Below are positions 31,156-41,217 of a stretch of DNA of 64,000 bases, one piece after another. The first letter of the stretch is position 1, and every line of letters begins with the position of its first letter. Made by a program: the position numbers and the translations under genes. Origin of the DNA: a bacterium (GTDB lineage: Bacteria; CLD3; SB21); assembly GCA_013360215.1 (NCBI GenBank), contig JABWCP010000011.1, positions 1 to 64,000 of the forward strand. The letters run 5' to 3'. The notes below the pieces were generated by a model. It was not told where the DNA came from. It did not search any database and saw nothing but the letters and a program-made list of their open reading frames with translations.

Positions 31156-31682
31156 GTCGTATGAAATCAATACAATTACTCTCGCAGCTTGAGCTTACCT
31201 GCATCAAACCCGATGACCATCAAAAACGATTTCAGATCATGGATGGAGCCGACGTGGTCGGTGAGCTGAGCTATGCCAAATCGGCGGGCACACTTGCCCG
31301 CGCCGAGTCCGGCGATGCGATTTGGACGTTCAAACGATGCGGTCTTTGGAAGCCGTACATCTCAATCCGTAAAGAGGGCACGCACACCAATCTGGCGCGC
31401 ATCGTTCTCGGTTGGCACAATGTGCTGATGTCGGAGCCGCCACTCCGGCGCGTACATTTTCGCAATTCGAGCTTTTGGCACAACGAATGGTCGTGGGTGA
31501 CCGATGAAGATGAAACGATCATGAAATTCAAACCGACGCATGATCATCATATGCGCGGGAAAATTGTGATTCATGAAAAATTTCGTCAGGACGGATGGCT
31601 CATGATGATGGCATTGCTGGGCTGGTATATGCTGGTTTCGCTTGAAGATGAAGCCGGCGATACGATGGTCGTGATGTCCTGA
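31152..31682 (+). CDS. Hypothetical protein
   Basis: 176-aa ORF overlapping the phoR stop (GTGA); contains WTFKR.G.WKP.I; no family recognised. Confidence 0.7.
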   Translation: MSRMKSIQLLSQLELTCIKPDDHQKRFQIMDGADVVGELSYAKSAGTLARAESGDAIWTFKRCGLWKPYISIRKEGTHTNLARIVLGWHNVLMSEPPLRRVHFRNSSFWHNEWSWVTDEDETIMKFKPTHDHHMRGKIVIHEKFRQDGWLMMMALLGWYMLVSLEDEAGDTMVVMS

Positions 31683-31683
31683 T

Positions 31684-32343
31684 TCAGTTGGGTGCGTCGG
31701 TGATTTTGCCGCCTTCGACACGGATAATGCGTTTGGGAAGCGCCTTCACGATGTTATAATCGTGGGTGGCCATAACGATGGCTGTGCCTTCCGCGTTTAT
31801 TTTGGTCAGCAGCTGCATGATCTCCATCGAAGTATCCGGATCAAGATTACCGGTCGGTTCGTCAGCGAGGATCACCATCGGTTCGTTGACAAGTGCGCGT
31901 GCGATGACGACGCGCTGTTGTTCGCCGCCGGATAATTCGTACGGCATGCTGTTCTTTTTGGTGGAAAGCCCTACTTGGGCCAGTGCACGCATCACTTTTT
32001 TCGGAATTTCGCTTTTGGGCGTCTCCGTGACGAGCAACGTAAACGCTATATTATCGTAAACCGAACGATCCCGTAATAACCGAAAATCCTGAAATACAAT
32101 ACCCAGCTGTCGGCGCAGGTAAGGGATTTCCTTTTTTTTGACATTCGATGATTCAAATTCACCGATGCGCACCTGACCTTCTTCAGGTATGATATCCATA
32201 TATAATAATTTAAGCAGTGTGCTTTTGCCGGCACCGCTAGGTCCCAACAAATATACGAACTCACCCGGAGCGATGCGTAGCGAAGCGTTTTCCAAGCTGG
32301 TGCGATTGCGATAACGTACGGTTACGTTTGAAAGTTCGATCAT
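31684..32343 (-). CDS. ftsE: Cell division ATP-binding protein FtsE
   Basis: [43 protein letters not shown] and [10 protein letters not shown]. Confidence 0.92.
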   Translation of the reverse strand: MIELSNVTVRYRNRTSLENASLRIAPGEFVYLLGPSGAGKSTLLKLLYMDIIPEEGQVRIGEFESSNVKKKEIPYLRRQLGIVFQDFRLLRDRSVYDNIAFTLLVTETPKSEIPKKVMRALAQVGLSTKKNSMPYELSGGEQQRVVIARALVNEPMVILADEPTGNLDPDTSMEIMQLLTKINAEGTAIVMATHDYNIVKALPKRIIRVEGGKITDAPN

Positions 32344-32346
32344 CGG

Positions 32347-33072
32347 TTACTCCGCGTCTTTTACGACAAACGCTTTGGGAAACGTTTTTTTCAATTCATC
32401 GGCTTTCGCGCGGTCCTCAAACCCGCCGATCCATACCTTGTACATACCGTCGGTATGGGAAATTTTAGAGCGTACTGATTGTTTGGATTCGGCTTCCGTT
32501 TTTGCTTTTTGCGCTGCCGCTTCAGTAGAAAAAGATCCGATTTGAAGCCAGAAAAGTTCTTTACCGGAAATCTTCGGCGTAGCCATATCTTTCATTTCAT
32601 GGATCCACGCATCGGGATAACCGTTTTGTATTAGTTTCTGTTTGGCGGCATCGGCTTCTTCCCGTGTCATAAAATCGCCGACCCAGACGCGCCACTTGCC
32701 GTCGGTTTTGTCATCCAAAACATACACGGCTTTTTTCCATGTGGTATCGGCGGAGAGCGATGTATAATTTTTCTGTGCGTTGGAGGGACTGCCTGCAAAC
32801 ACCTGTACGCGGAAACGCGCCTGGATCGTGGGCTCGTAAGTTTTATAAGTGATCGAATCGGGCGCAGGCGTCATCGGGCTTACCGTATCCGGGGGAGTGA
32901 TCATATCATTGGGTAGTTTTTCATCGGCCAAAAAATCTAATTTTTCTGATTTATTTTTTTCCGACGTCTCAAGCGCTTTGGCAAAGTCGGCATCGGATTT
33001 AGCCGCAGGCTGCGTGGTTTTACAAGAAACTACCGTAAGCACAGCCGCAATGGTCACAATCATCAAACGCAT
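32347..33072 (-). CDS. SPOR-domain lipoprotein (two SPOR repeats)
   Basis: VVSC lipobox; FRVQVFA…WRVWVGDF.TREEA and LQIGSFS…YKVWIGGF.DR..A. Confidence 0.85.
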   Translation of the reverse strand: MRLMIVTIAAVLTVVSCKTTQPAAKSDADFAKALETSEKNKSEKLDFLADEKLPNDMITPPDTVSPMTPAPDSITYKTYEPTIQARFRVQVFAGSPSNAQKNYTSLSADTTWKKAVYVLDDKTDGKWRVWVGDFMTREEADAAKQKLIQNGYPDAWIHEMKDMATPKISGKELFWLQIGSFSTEAAAQKAKTEAESKQSVRSKISHTDGMYKVWIGGFEDRAKADELKKTFPKAFVVKDAE

Positions 33073-33093
33073 ACATTTTCTCCGATAGGTGTA

Positions 33094-33405
33094 TTAAAAC
33101 AAATTACTTTTTTCGCGCAAATAGCTGTATGAATATATACCCGTATCATGTCCGTCCGACCAGGTAAAACGCAGAGCATAGCGCCCGACTTCCTGCACGT
33201 CCGACATCGTAATATCCGCAAATTGCTCCGGATACAGTGGGTTGGCTTCTCCGCCGTGTTTGGTCGTGTCACAATTGGCGCAGGGGCATGCTGCGCGCAG
33301 ATAGGCGTACGGTAACTCGCTGAGTTTTCCGTCGGCCCATTGGATCGTGACTAATTTTTTACCGCGGTCTATCGTGACGTCCGTAGCGGTTTCGTGATTC
33401 AGCAT
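33094..33405 (-). CDS. DUF971 / GBBH-like N-terminal domain protein
   Basis: YLRAACPCANC, VGRYAL and WSDGHDTGIYSY.YL. Confidence 0.9.
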   Translation of the reverse strand: MLNHETATDVTIDRGKKLVTIQWADGKLSELPYAYLRAACPCANCDTTKHGGEANPLYPEQFADITMSDVQEVGRYALRFTWSDGHDTGIYSYSYLREKSNLF

Positions 33406-34163
33406 AATGATTTCAAAAAATTTATGGTTTCGTTTTGTACTATCGTTTTATCAAAATCCAACGTGGCTAAATGATACGTGTTTTCGAGAACAACTTTTTT
33501 CTTTTGGGTCGAAGCGACGCGGCGATAAATCATGTCCTGGTTGCGAAAATCAAACGTATGATCTTCACGTCCGTGTATCGTAAGCAACGGGCAAGCTACA
33601 TTGCCGATCTCGGCCCGCAGCGATTTCAACAGTTTGAGCAACTCATGAATACTGGCATACGGCATGCGTGTGTAATGCACTTCCGTTTGTTTGACGCGTT
33701 CATCTTTGACATCCGGCCCGTACAATTTTGGTTTGTGTTTTATGAAATGTTTGACTAACGGCACCAACCCAATGCCGGTATTATAGATTTTTAATCCCGA
33801 TGCGATGGTAACTACACCGTCTACAGCACGGTTTCGCGCCGCGAGCAATAAAGCGAGGCATCCGCCCATAGATTGTCCGGCGATAAAAACTTTGTTGTAA
33901 TTTTTTTTCATTTCTAAAAAAGCAATATTAACCGCTTCATACCATTCCGACCAATAACGTGTAGCGAGGTCGTCGGGTGTAGTACCGTGTCCCGGAAGCA
34001 GTATGCCGCGTGCATCCATGCCGTTTTCATAAATTCTCTTTCCGAGTTCGCGCATCGAGTGGCAACTGGAAGTGAAACCGTGGACTAATAGTACGGCGTT
34101 ACGTGCCGGGGTTTCCGAAGTGTAAAAGAACGGTTCGGCGCCGGGCATGAGCTCCGGGGTCAT
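33399..34163 (-). CDS. Carboxylesterase / monoacylglycerol lipase-like alpha/beta hydrolase
   Basis: GAEPFF, VHGFT, LPGHGT, GQSMGG nucleophile elbow and EDH. Start trimmed to MTPELM. Confidence 0.9.
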   Translation of the reverse strand: MTPELMPGAEPFFYTSETPARNAVLLVHGFTSSCHSMRELGKRIYENGMDARGILLPGHGTTPDDLATRYWSEWYEAVNIAFLEMKKNYNKVFIAGQSMGGCLALLLAARNRAVDGVVTIASGLKIYNTGIGLVPLVKHFIKHKPKLYGPDVKDERVKQTEVHYTRMPYASIHELLKLLKSLRAEIGNVACPLLTIHGREDHTFDFRNQDMIYRRVASTQKKKVVLENTYHLATLDFDKTIVQNETINFLKSLC

Positions 34164-34164
34164 A

Positions 34165-34557
34165 TCACTTAAACGCCGCGAGGCGCTGCATAATACCGCT
34201 GATATCAAAGCCGTCAGTAGTGCCTTCATTGGCCAATTTATCAATGAGTTGCGCCATACCAAGGACGGCAACATTCACGTTTTCGATCATATCGGGCGTC
34301 AGGAGTGGTTTCCCGTCTTTGACGACTTTGAATCCGTCTTCCAGCGCACGCCCGATCTCTTCGATAGGGGTCAGACCGAGCATACGTGCTGCGCCTTTCA
34401 TGCTGTGGGAAGTGCGGTGAAGCTGCTCAATCGCTGCAGGATTGGAAGGGTTCGCAGCAATTTCTTTCATCTTATCGTTAAGTATCTGAAGATTTTCGGC
34501 GCTCTCGGCTTTGAAAACGGCCATAATCTCCATCATTTCTTCTTTGGAAAATTCCAT
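34165..34557 (-). CDS. Stand-alone Hpt (CheA P1-like) phosphotransfer protein
   Basis: F.AES.ENLQ.L…LHRTSHSMKGAARMLG…LED. GAGGTG SD precedes ATG 34557. Confidence 0.85.
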   Translation of the reverse strand: MEFSKEEMMEIMAVFKAESAENLQILNDKMKEIAANPSNPAAIEQLHRTSHSMKGAARMLGLTPIEEIGRALEDGFKVVKDGKPLLTPDMIENVNVAVLGMAQLIDKLANEGTTDGFDISGIMQRLAAFK

Positions 34558-34689
34558 ACACACCTCGGAATGTTTCAGGTCGGTGAATGTAGGCGATTTC
34601 TCTAAAAACTTCAATTTGTTTTCCGCACGAATAATTCCTTTAGCCTTTGCTCTTTTTTTATGACATTGGTGAATACAACGGAGCACACG

Positions 34690-35301
34690 ATGGAAATTGT
34701 TTTAGCAACAAGTAATCCCAAAAAAGTAAAAGAAATGAATGCTATTATGAGCGGGATGCAAGTCCGGTTCAGACGGCTGAATGAATTTTCTGATGTACCG
34801 GAAATCATTGAGGACGGATTGACGTTTAAGGCCAATGCATTAAAAAAAGCGCACGTGATATTTGAGCATACGGGGATAATGGCGCTCGCGGATGACTCGG
34901 GTATCGAAGTGGATGCGCTGGGCGGAAAACCCGGTGTTTTTTCGGCACGGTATGCCGGCCCGTCACAAGACGATCGTGCTAATCTGGAAAAATTGTTACG
35001 GGATACAGAGCATGTGCCGGATGAAAAGCGTACCGCGCGCTTTCATTGCGTCATCGCGCTGGTGTGGGGTCAAGCCGGTAATGCGATGGAAAAAACATTT
35101 CACGGTGTGATGGAAGGCGCGCTTCTGCGTGCGCCGCGCGGAACACATGGTTTTGGCTATGATCCTATTTTTATGGTGCCTCAATACGATGGAAAAGCCG
35201 CCGCGGAATTAGATCCTGATCTTAAAAATAAAATCAGTCATCGCGGTCGAGCGTTGGAACAGTTTAAAACATTTTTTGAAAAAGAATTTTCTATACGATG
35301 A
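34690..35301 (+). CDS. rdgB: Non-canonical purine NTP pyrophosphatase (RdgB/HAM1)
   Basis: ATSN..K..E, ADDSG, GVFSARY, GFGYDPIF and KNKISHR. Confidence 0.95.
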   Translation: MEIVLATSNPKKVKEMNAIMSGMQVRFRRLNEFSDVPEIIEDGLTFKANALKKAHVIFEHTGIMALADDSGIEVDALGGKPGVFSARYAGPSQDDRANLEKLLRDTEHVPDEKRTARFHCVIALVWGQAGNAMEKTFHGVMEGALLRAPRGTHGFGYDPIFMVPQYDGKAAAELDPDLKNKISHRGRALEQFKTFFEKEFSIR

Positions 35302-36077
35302 AAAATAACCTTTTTAAAATTACATCCGTTCTAGCGGTGACGCTCATCGGTATCGTGGTGAGCTGCAAAAATGATCAAACAAAAAATTCGGTCAACCTAT
35401 CGGCCGATTCAAACATCGTAAAAAACGATACAATGTTGCTATCCAAAGTAATGCCTAAAGGGATTATTACACGATTGCCGGGTTCAGATTCGGTTGTAGC
35501 GCTGACATTGGATGCCTGTGAGTCACTGATCCCTTCTTATTTTGACACTACGATTTTAAACTATTTGTTGCTTGAGCGTATTCCGTTTACTCTGTTTATG
35601 ACGGGCAATTTTGCCGTACGAAATCGGGAGACATTACGTATGTTGGCGGGTTATGAATGGATAGATATTCAAAATCATTCCTACCATCATCACCTGCACA
35701 TGGAGTCGCTGAGTGACAGTGCGGTTGTAGCCGAAGTGAGATCGGCGGAAGATACTATTTTTTCGATCACGGGCCGACGAACAAAGTTGTTTCGTTTTCC
35801 GGGCGGAAATTACGATACGCTGACATTAAATCGTGTCGAACACTTGGGCTATCGCGTCGTCCACTGGAGTTTCGAAAGTGGGGATCCGGACAAAAAAATT
35901 ACGCCACAAAAGATGATTCCGTGGGTTACATCCAAAACACGACCGGGGGGTATTTTGATTTTTCATATCAACGGCCGCGGGTATGCTACAGGCAAGGCTT
36001 TACCGGAAATCGTCACGCATCTGCGTAACACCGGTTATCACTTTGCGAAGCTTAATGACTACACCTTCGCCGAATAA
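35298..36077 (+). CDS. Polysaccharide deacetylase (NodB/CE4) lipoprotein
   Basis: VVSC lipobox, ALTLDAC, NHSYHH, FRFPGG, SGDPD and LIFHING. Confidence 0.85.
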   Translation: MKNNLFKITSVLAVTLIGIVVSCKNDQTKNSVNLSADSNIVKNDTMLLSKVMPKGIITRLPGSDSVVALTLDACESLIPSYFDTTILNYLLLERIPFTLFMTGNFAVRNRETLRMLAGYEWIDIQNHSYHHHLHMESLSDSAVVAEVRSAEDTIFSITGRRTKLFRFPGGNYDTLTLNRVEHLGYRVVHWSFESGDPDKKITPQKMIPWVTSKTRPGGILIFHINGRGYATGKALPEIVTHLRNTGYHFAKLNDYTFAE

Positions 36078-36084
36078 GTGATTT

Positions 36085-37560
36085 TTATTCCTCTTCCTCT
36101 TTTTCCCAATTGATTTTACCGAGCATCGTACCCATGATGTCTTTGTAGCTTACATGCGATTCGATCCAGTCTTTGCTTAACGACGAATTTTGATGAAGGC
36201 CTTCCAAAACAAACTCCATCGCTGTTGCCAAGGTCATCGCGTCTTTGTTTTCTGTTTTCATGTATTTGGCGGCGACATCGCGTAAGCCGGGAATGGATAA
36301 TAATTTGGCGTTGTACGATGCAAAAGATTCTTCGTTAGAAAGCTCCAGTTTGTTGCCGGTGGAAAACCAACTAAGGATGGATTGGTACGTCGGGAGATTT
36401 TTTTTGTTGAGCGGGTCGGGAAAGTATTGTTTAAATGTCGCTTTGACGGCGCGCCCGATCAATACTTTAGCGACAGAGGCCATACCTTGTTGTTCGCCTT
36501 CATAGACGAGTTCGATTTTTCCGGTGATCGAAGGGATGAGATAAAACAAATCGCAGATACGCGGAAAAGATGTTTCTTCGTGCAATAGTATCATGCGTCG
36601 CTCGATGGTGCTCAGAAGGTTTTCCATGCACGAAATCGTAAGCCGGGCGCTTACTCCGGATTTTTGATCAATGAATTCACTGCCGCGCGCTTGAAAGGCG
36701 ATATTTTCGACAATCTCACGGAAATAATCGGGTATGGCGATCGTAGCCGGATTTCGATCTTCCCACGCTTCCTGACGTGTGATACGAATGCCGTCCTCTA
36801 TTTGTGTGGGGTAATGGGTCAGGATTTGCGAGTCAATACGATCTTTGAGCGGCGTGATAATGCTGCCGCGATTGGTATAATCTTCGGGATTTGCCGAAAA
36901 GACAATCATGATGTCCAGCGGGATACGAATATTGAACCCGCGAATCTGAAAATCTTTTTCTTCCAAAATATTAAACAAACTAACCTGAATGCGCGGTTGG
37001 AGATCGGGTAATTCATTGATGGCAAAAATGCCGCGGTTGCTGCGAGGGATAACACCAAAGTGCATGACGCGTTCATCGGCGTAGTGAAGTTTTTGGGTAG
37101 CCGCTTTGATCGGGTCGATATCGCCGATCAGATCGGCGACGGTTACATCGGGTGTGGCCAATTTTTCACCGTAGCGCTCATGGCGCGGCCACCATGTGAT
37201 CGGTGTGGCATCACCGTATTTTTCCACGGCATCTTTGGCCGCTCGTGAAACCGGATCAAATGGATTGTCGTTGAGCGGTGCCTCTTCGATGACGGGGATT
37301 TCTTCGTCTAAAAGATTGGTAAGGCTGCGCAGAATACGTGTCTTAGCTTGTCCGCGTAATCCCAATAGGATAATATCGTGTTTGGATAAAATAGCATGAA
37401 TGAGTTCAGGTATAACGGTTTTATCATAGCCGATGATATTGGGAAAAATTGTTTCGCCCTGTTTCAGTTTGCGCATCAGATTGCGCCGCATTTCATCTTT
37501 GACCGATAAAGCTTGATAGCCTGAAGATTTGAGTTCGCCGAGCGTCCGCGGTTTTGCCAT
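36085..37560 (-). CDS. ChlI/MoxR-like AAA+ ATPase (commonly annotated 'magnesium chelatase')
   Basis: GLRGQAKT, EKLATPD, DLIGDIDPIK, NELPDL and SANPEDYTNRG.IITPLKDR. Confidence 0.85.
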   Translation of the reverse strand: MAKPRTLGELKSSGYQALSVKDEMRRNLMRKLKQGETIFPNIIGYDKTVIPELIHAILSKHDIILLGLRGQAKTRILRSLTNLLDEEIPVIEEAPLNDNPFDPVSRAAKDAVEKYGDATPITWWPRHERYGEKLATPDVTVADLIGDIDPIKAATQKLHYADERVMHFGVIPRSNRGIFAINELPDLQPRIQVSLFNILEEKDFQIRGFNIRIPLDIMIVFSANPEDYTNRGSIITPLKDRIDSQILTHYPTQIEDGIRITRQEAWEDRNPATIAIPDYFREIVENIAFQARGSEFIDQKSGVSARLTISCMENLLSTIERRMILLHEETSFPRICDLFYLIPSITGKIELVYEGEQQGMASVAKVLIGRAVKATFKQYFPDPLNKKNLPTYQSILSWFSTGNKLELSNEESFASYNAKLLSIPGLRDVAAKYMKTENKDAMTLATAMEFVLEGLHQNSSLSKDWIESHVSYKDIMGTMLGKINWEKEEEE

Positions 37561-37642
37561 ATATATCCTCTATTGTAAAGTGGTCTTAATCTAATACGAT
37601 TATAGGTGATCTTCAACGCTCAGGTTTGAGAATTGTGCTGAT

Positions 37643-37676
37643 AAAAAAAAGCCGCTTCGGTTTAACGAAGCGGCTT
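37643..37676 (-). terminator. Intrinsic terminator of skp
   Basis: AAGCCGCTTCG…CGAAGCGGCTT with an A8 tract. Confidence 0.85.
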
Positions 37677-37697
37677 ATGTCGACAATGTAAATCAAA

Positions 37698-38315
37698 TTA
37701 TTTTTTCGTCGTGTCTTTACCGCTGAAAGGTACCGGCATAGACGGAGGTACTTTGGAGTTGAGTTCGTTGAGCAGTGTTTCCGTCAGGTCGTGGCCGGTT
37801 TCGCCGTATACGATCAATCCTTCGACGGGCGTGCCAAGGATAACGGTATATCCGTTATCTTTACCGTATTTTTGAATAAACGTGCTGATGTCCTGGAAAA
37901 TAGGTTCCATCAGTTGGGATTGTTTTTGATTGACCTGTTGCTGCAGTGATTGCTGCAATTGGTAAAATTCGGATTGTTTACGTTGAAAGGATTCCATCTG
38001 CGGTGCCATAGCGGCCGAACTTAAGACTTTAGATTTTTTTTCAAGGTCTTCGCCGATGGTTTGCAGCTCCGCATAACGCTTTTGCAAGTCAGCTTGGAAA
38101 GGCGCTGTTTCTTCTTGCAGTTTTTGCTGAATTGCGAGCGCGGGTTTGTACTGTGCAAGCAACGCATCCGATTTGATGAAGCCGACTTTGGAACCGCCTT
38201 TTTCGAGCGAAGTTACTTTGACGAATAAAATGATCATACCGATCAGAAGCAAAGCGCCGAGCGCCACGCCGGCGTAAAGCAGGTTCTTAGAATTATTTCC
38301 GGATTCTTGAGACAT
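37698..38315 (-). CDS. skp: OmpH/Skp family outer-membrane chaperone
   Basis: KVGFI..D.LL, Gln-rich coiled coil and I.KYGK.NGY..IL…DLT. Confidence 0.82.
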   Translation of the reverse strand: MSQESGNNSKNLLYAGVALGALLLIGMIILFVKVTSLEKGGSKVGFIKSDALLAQYKPALAIQQKLQEETAPFQADLQKRYAELQTIGEDLEKKSKVLSSAAMAPQMESFQRKQSEFYQLQQSLQQQVNQKQSQLMEPIFQDISTFIQKYGKDNGYTVILGTPVEGLIVYGETGHDLTETLLNELNSKVPPSMPVPFSGKDTTKK

Positions 38316-38333
38316 GGGATTCTCCTTGTTATT

Positions 38334-39152
38334 TTATGATAATGTAGGAATTTGTTTGTGTTGATCGGCGGCGATCAAGGTGCTGATATTCATCAGCACG
38401 GGAAACATCTCCGTATCACGCGCCAAATTTTCGACCGTTGCGGACTTGACAGCGATGGCGTGACGTTCATTGAATACCGCAAATTTGAATCGGCATTTTT
38501 CAAATAATTCGATCAATTCCGTCTGAATAAAAGGATTTTCAAACGTATGTTGAATCGTTTCTTTATCATAATTGGAAAAAACGATCCCGTGGCGTTGGTA
38601 CGCATACCGGCGCGCATTGAGCACCATCGGTGCATAAAATTCTACGTCCAAAGATTCGCGAATATCCACGCGCGGATTGACAATAACCATCTGAAACGGC
38701 TGGGGTACCCGTACAGCGATGGTGATAAGCCCTTGCTCACCGATAATCGTTTTTTGATCCGCGGTTTCTTTCCCCAAAAAAGTTAATGAAATGCGTATAT
38801 CCGTCTGGCCGTCGCGAATACTATAGCTGCAACCGCGTTCGCTGATCAATCCCCGGGATGTCGCATGCTCCCGGTGAAAATGCCTGAGCTGTACATGGTT
38901 ATGCGTAGCCGTTATGGCAAACACTTCCATCACGTCGCGATCATCCAAAATATAAGACCAGTAACGTCTGATCAAAAAGACCACGCATGTGAGAACGGAA
39001 ACAAACCCTAGGATCAAAAGAAAGGCCTCGTATTCGCCGTCGATAGCGCGGCGGAGATCTTTGATGAGCCAACCCGCTCCGACAACGATGGTAAGGGCCA
39101 GCACGGCGTACCAAAAAAACCGATAACGGAGGACTGCGTAAATCGCCTGCAC
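38334..39152 (-). CDS. Hypothetical membrane protein (two N-terminal TM helices)
   Basis: 272-aa ORF packed between plsY and skp. Confidence 0.7.
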   Translation of the reverse strand: MQAIYAVLRYRFFWYAVLALTIVVGAGWLIKDLRRAIDGEYEAFLLILGFVSVLTCVVFLIRRYWSYILDDRDVMEVFAITATHNHVQLRHFHREHATSRGLISERGCSYSIRDGQTDIRISLTFLGKETADQKTIIGEQGLITIAVRVPQPFQMVIVNPRVDIRESLDVEFYAPMVLNARRYAYQRHGIVFSNYDKETIQHTFENPFIQTELIELFEKCRFKFAVFNERHAIAVKSATVENLARDTEMFPVLMNISTLIAADQHKQIPTLS

Positions 39153-39153
39153 G

Positions 39154-39816
39154 TCAGACAGCCTGATTGGGGGTAACGGGTTTTGCAGCGCCGAATTTTT
39201 TTTCTTCGCCTCGCATCAAACGCCGTATATTTTCGCGGTGAGTAAAAGTGATGAGCGCCATGACAAAGAGACTAAAACCCAACAAGTAATCGGAAACAGG
39301 TAGTTGTAACACAAAACGCTGGATAAAAACAACGATTGGAAAAACCCATGAACCGATGATTGAGCCCAGGGAAACATAGCGTGTGAGCGCAAAAATCAGA
39401 ATAAATGTTGCGAAACAAATACCGACAGGTAACGGTGCTACACCCAATACTGCGCCGGCCATGGTTAAAACGCCTTTTCCGCCTTTGAATCCGAAAAATA
39501 TGGTCCATATATGCCCGGCAACAGCGGCGATAGCCGCTAAGATTCGTACCAGAGTGATCTCCAACGGTGTCGCATCAAATGCAGAGTATAAGGCATCAGT
39601 AAGCCACAACGATGAGATCAGACCTTTGAGAATATCAATAATGGCGACGACAGCTCCCCAGCGTCCCCCGAGCAATCGGATCGCATTGGTCATACCTGCA
39701 TTGCCGCTACCGTAGGTGCGAATATCCACACCTTTTATCCAACGGGATATTAGAATACTCGGACTGATTGAGCCTAGGAGATAAGCTATTATAAGTATTG
39801 CTAAGAGTGAAATCAT
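39154..39816 (-). CDS. plsY: Glycerol-3-phosphate 1-O-acyltransferase
   Basis: AYLLGSI, DIR.YGSGNAG.TN, DILKG, GH…FKGGKGV, YVSLGS and HRENI.RL..GEE. Start trimmed to MISLL. Confidence 0.95.
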   Translation of the reverse strand: MISLLAILIIAYLLGSISPSILISRWIKGVDIRTYGSGNAGMTNAIRLLGGRWGAVVAIIDILKGLISSLWLTDALYSAFDATPLEITLVRILAAIAAVAGHIWTIFFGFKGGKGVLTMAGAVLGVAPLPVGICFATFILIFALTRYVSLGSIIGSWVFPIVVFIQRFVLQLPVSDYLLGFSLFVMALITFTHRENIRRLMRGEEKKFGAAKPVTPNQAV

Positions 39817-39980
39817 GATGTTCTCTATGTTACTGAACGGCGCATGATACGTAATAATGTAAGAAAATTCAATGTTATATTTGAAATGTGTGAGATACTC
39901 TAAATACATCAAACCCTCATGCTGACCAAACATGAGGGTTTGTTATTAAGAAAAGGAGGAGGATTCAAAACGGGTACAGT

Positions 39981-40400
39981 CTAAATCTGTGTATGCCGAA
40001 AGCCGCCGGGCGAATCACTGATACGACCATTCAAGCGTTGAGTTTTTCCCAGATTCACAATGATTGCAGGGATTTGATCCATGTCCGTAGATTTATCAAG
40101 AAAAAAATCGGCACCATAAAATATGCATCGGCTTTTAAATTGAGGATACGGATGTTGCGTAAACATGATAACAATCGGGGGTGAAGACAGGTTTTTGATC
40201 TGAGTCAAAACACCGACGCCGCTGCCATCCCGCATTTTGATGTCCAGTATGACAACGTCAGGACGTATTGTGCTTACGGATTCTAACGCTTGTGCGGCAC
40301 GGGCTTCAGTTTCTATAAAAACATCCCGGCATTCCTCCGTAATCAACGTTTTTAAACGCTCTCGTATAAGCTCCGAATCATCTATGATCAGTATGCGCAT
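39981..40400 (-). CDS. Stand-alone response regulator receiver (paralog A)
   Basis: MRILIIDDS…PDVVILDIKM…IMFTQHPYPQF..RC..YGADFFLDK. Start trimmed to ATG 40400. Confidence 0.88.
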   Translation of the reverse strand: MRILIIDDSELIRERLKTLITEECRDVFIETEARAAQALESVSTIRPDVVILDIKMRDGSGVGVLTQIKNLSSPPIVIMFTQHPYPQFKSRCIFYGADFFLDKSTDMDQIPAIIVNLGKTQRLNGRISDSPGGFRHTQI

Positions 40401-40564
40401 ATACTTATTCCGTAAAAAATAAAAATTTAGTGTTCGAACGATCGTGCAAGAAAATATATAAAACCGAGCAGAATGAATATAATACATCACGTGATCATAC
40501 TAGAACACAATGTCTGATTAGATATTGATGCCTACATAAGATAATCAAAATTAAGTTATTTGTC

Positions 40565-40606
40565 TGTAGGTAAATGGCTGAAAATCGTGTAGGTAATTTA
40601 CCTACA
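40565..40606. promoter_or_regulatory. Palindromic operator plus extra half-site upstream of receiver A
   Basis: TGTAGGTA (40565), then the perfect palindrome TGTAGGTAA-T-TTACCTACA (40588-40606). Confidence 0.8.
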
Positions 40607-40656
40607 AATCTTGATGAGGCAGGATTAAGTTTAAATTAATCAAAGCAAGGTAAAAC

Positions 40657-40688
40657 AAAACAACCTGCGATGAGTTCGCAGGTTGTTT
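40657..40688 (-). terminator. Intrinsic terminator of receiver B
   Basis: AAACAACCTGCGA…TCGCAGGTTGTTT. Confidence 0.75.
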
Positions 40689-40708
40689 ATGTTAAAATCA
40701 AAATGGGA

Positions 40709-41074
40709 TCAATTCATCGCGATTTTTTCGAGGACATCACCGATACGATCAAATTCGCTGGTTTTGTCAAAAAAATAGTCGGCTCCATATTGGAGGCAAC
40801 GATCCCTAAACTGTGGATAAGGGTACTGTGTAAACATAATAATAACCGGCGGTTTTGGCTCGGATTTTAGTTGTTTAAGGACTTCGATGCCGTTCCCTCC
40901 GGGCATCTTAATGTCCAAAATTACTACATCCGGTTTTTGCATGATAGCCTGTCGAATTGTATCAGGCGCCGTTTCCGCATGACCGACTAATTCCAGATTT
41001 TTATGCAACTCATGTATTAATGATGAAAGGCGATCATACACTAGCGCTGAATCATCTGCAATCAGTATTCGCAC
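40709..41074 (-). CDS. Stand-alone response regulator receiver (paralog B)
   Basis: RILIADDS…PDVVILDIKMPGGNG…IMFTQYPYPQF..RC..YGADYFFDK; GTG start. Confidence 0.9.
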   Translation of the reverse strand: MRILIADDSALVYDRLSSLIHELHKNLELVGHAETAPDTIRQAIMQKPDVVILDIKMPGGNGIEVLKQLKSEPKPPVIIMFTQYPYPQFRDRCLQYGADYFFDKTSEFDRIGDVLEKIAMN

Positions 41075-41175
41075 AATACCCCTTTTCTCTTTTGTCCCCT
41101 AAAAGAGACTCTTATTATTTTACGATAATAGACCCAAGTAACATTTGAAATATAATGTTCGAAATCACGAAAGTA

Positions 41176-41217
41176 TGTAGGTATTTTTCTGAAAATATTG
41201 TAGGTAAATTACCTACA
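41176..41217. promoter_or_regulatory. Palindromic operator plus extra half-site upstream of receiver B
   Basis: TGTAGGTA (41176), then the perfect palindrome TGTAGGTAA-A-TTACCTACA (41199-41217). Same 23-bp offset and same CTGAAAAT spacer as the copy at 40565. Confidence 0.8.

Noticed and set aside
36085-37560. Chlorophyll or cobalamin chelatase implying phototrophy
   Set aside because: The sequence fits the widespread ChlI/MoxR-like AAA family, and no bch/chl or cob genes are nearby.
9288-40490. Long N-terminal extensions in the ORF track (hutI, porin, esterase, Hpt, plsY, receiver A, small thioredoxin)
   Set aside because: These are upstream in-frame starts that run through intergenic DNA or neighbouring genes. 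Family N-termini, and SD sites where present, support the shorter starts used here.
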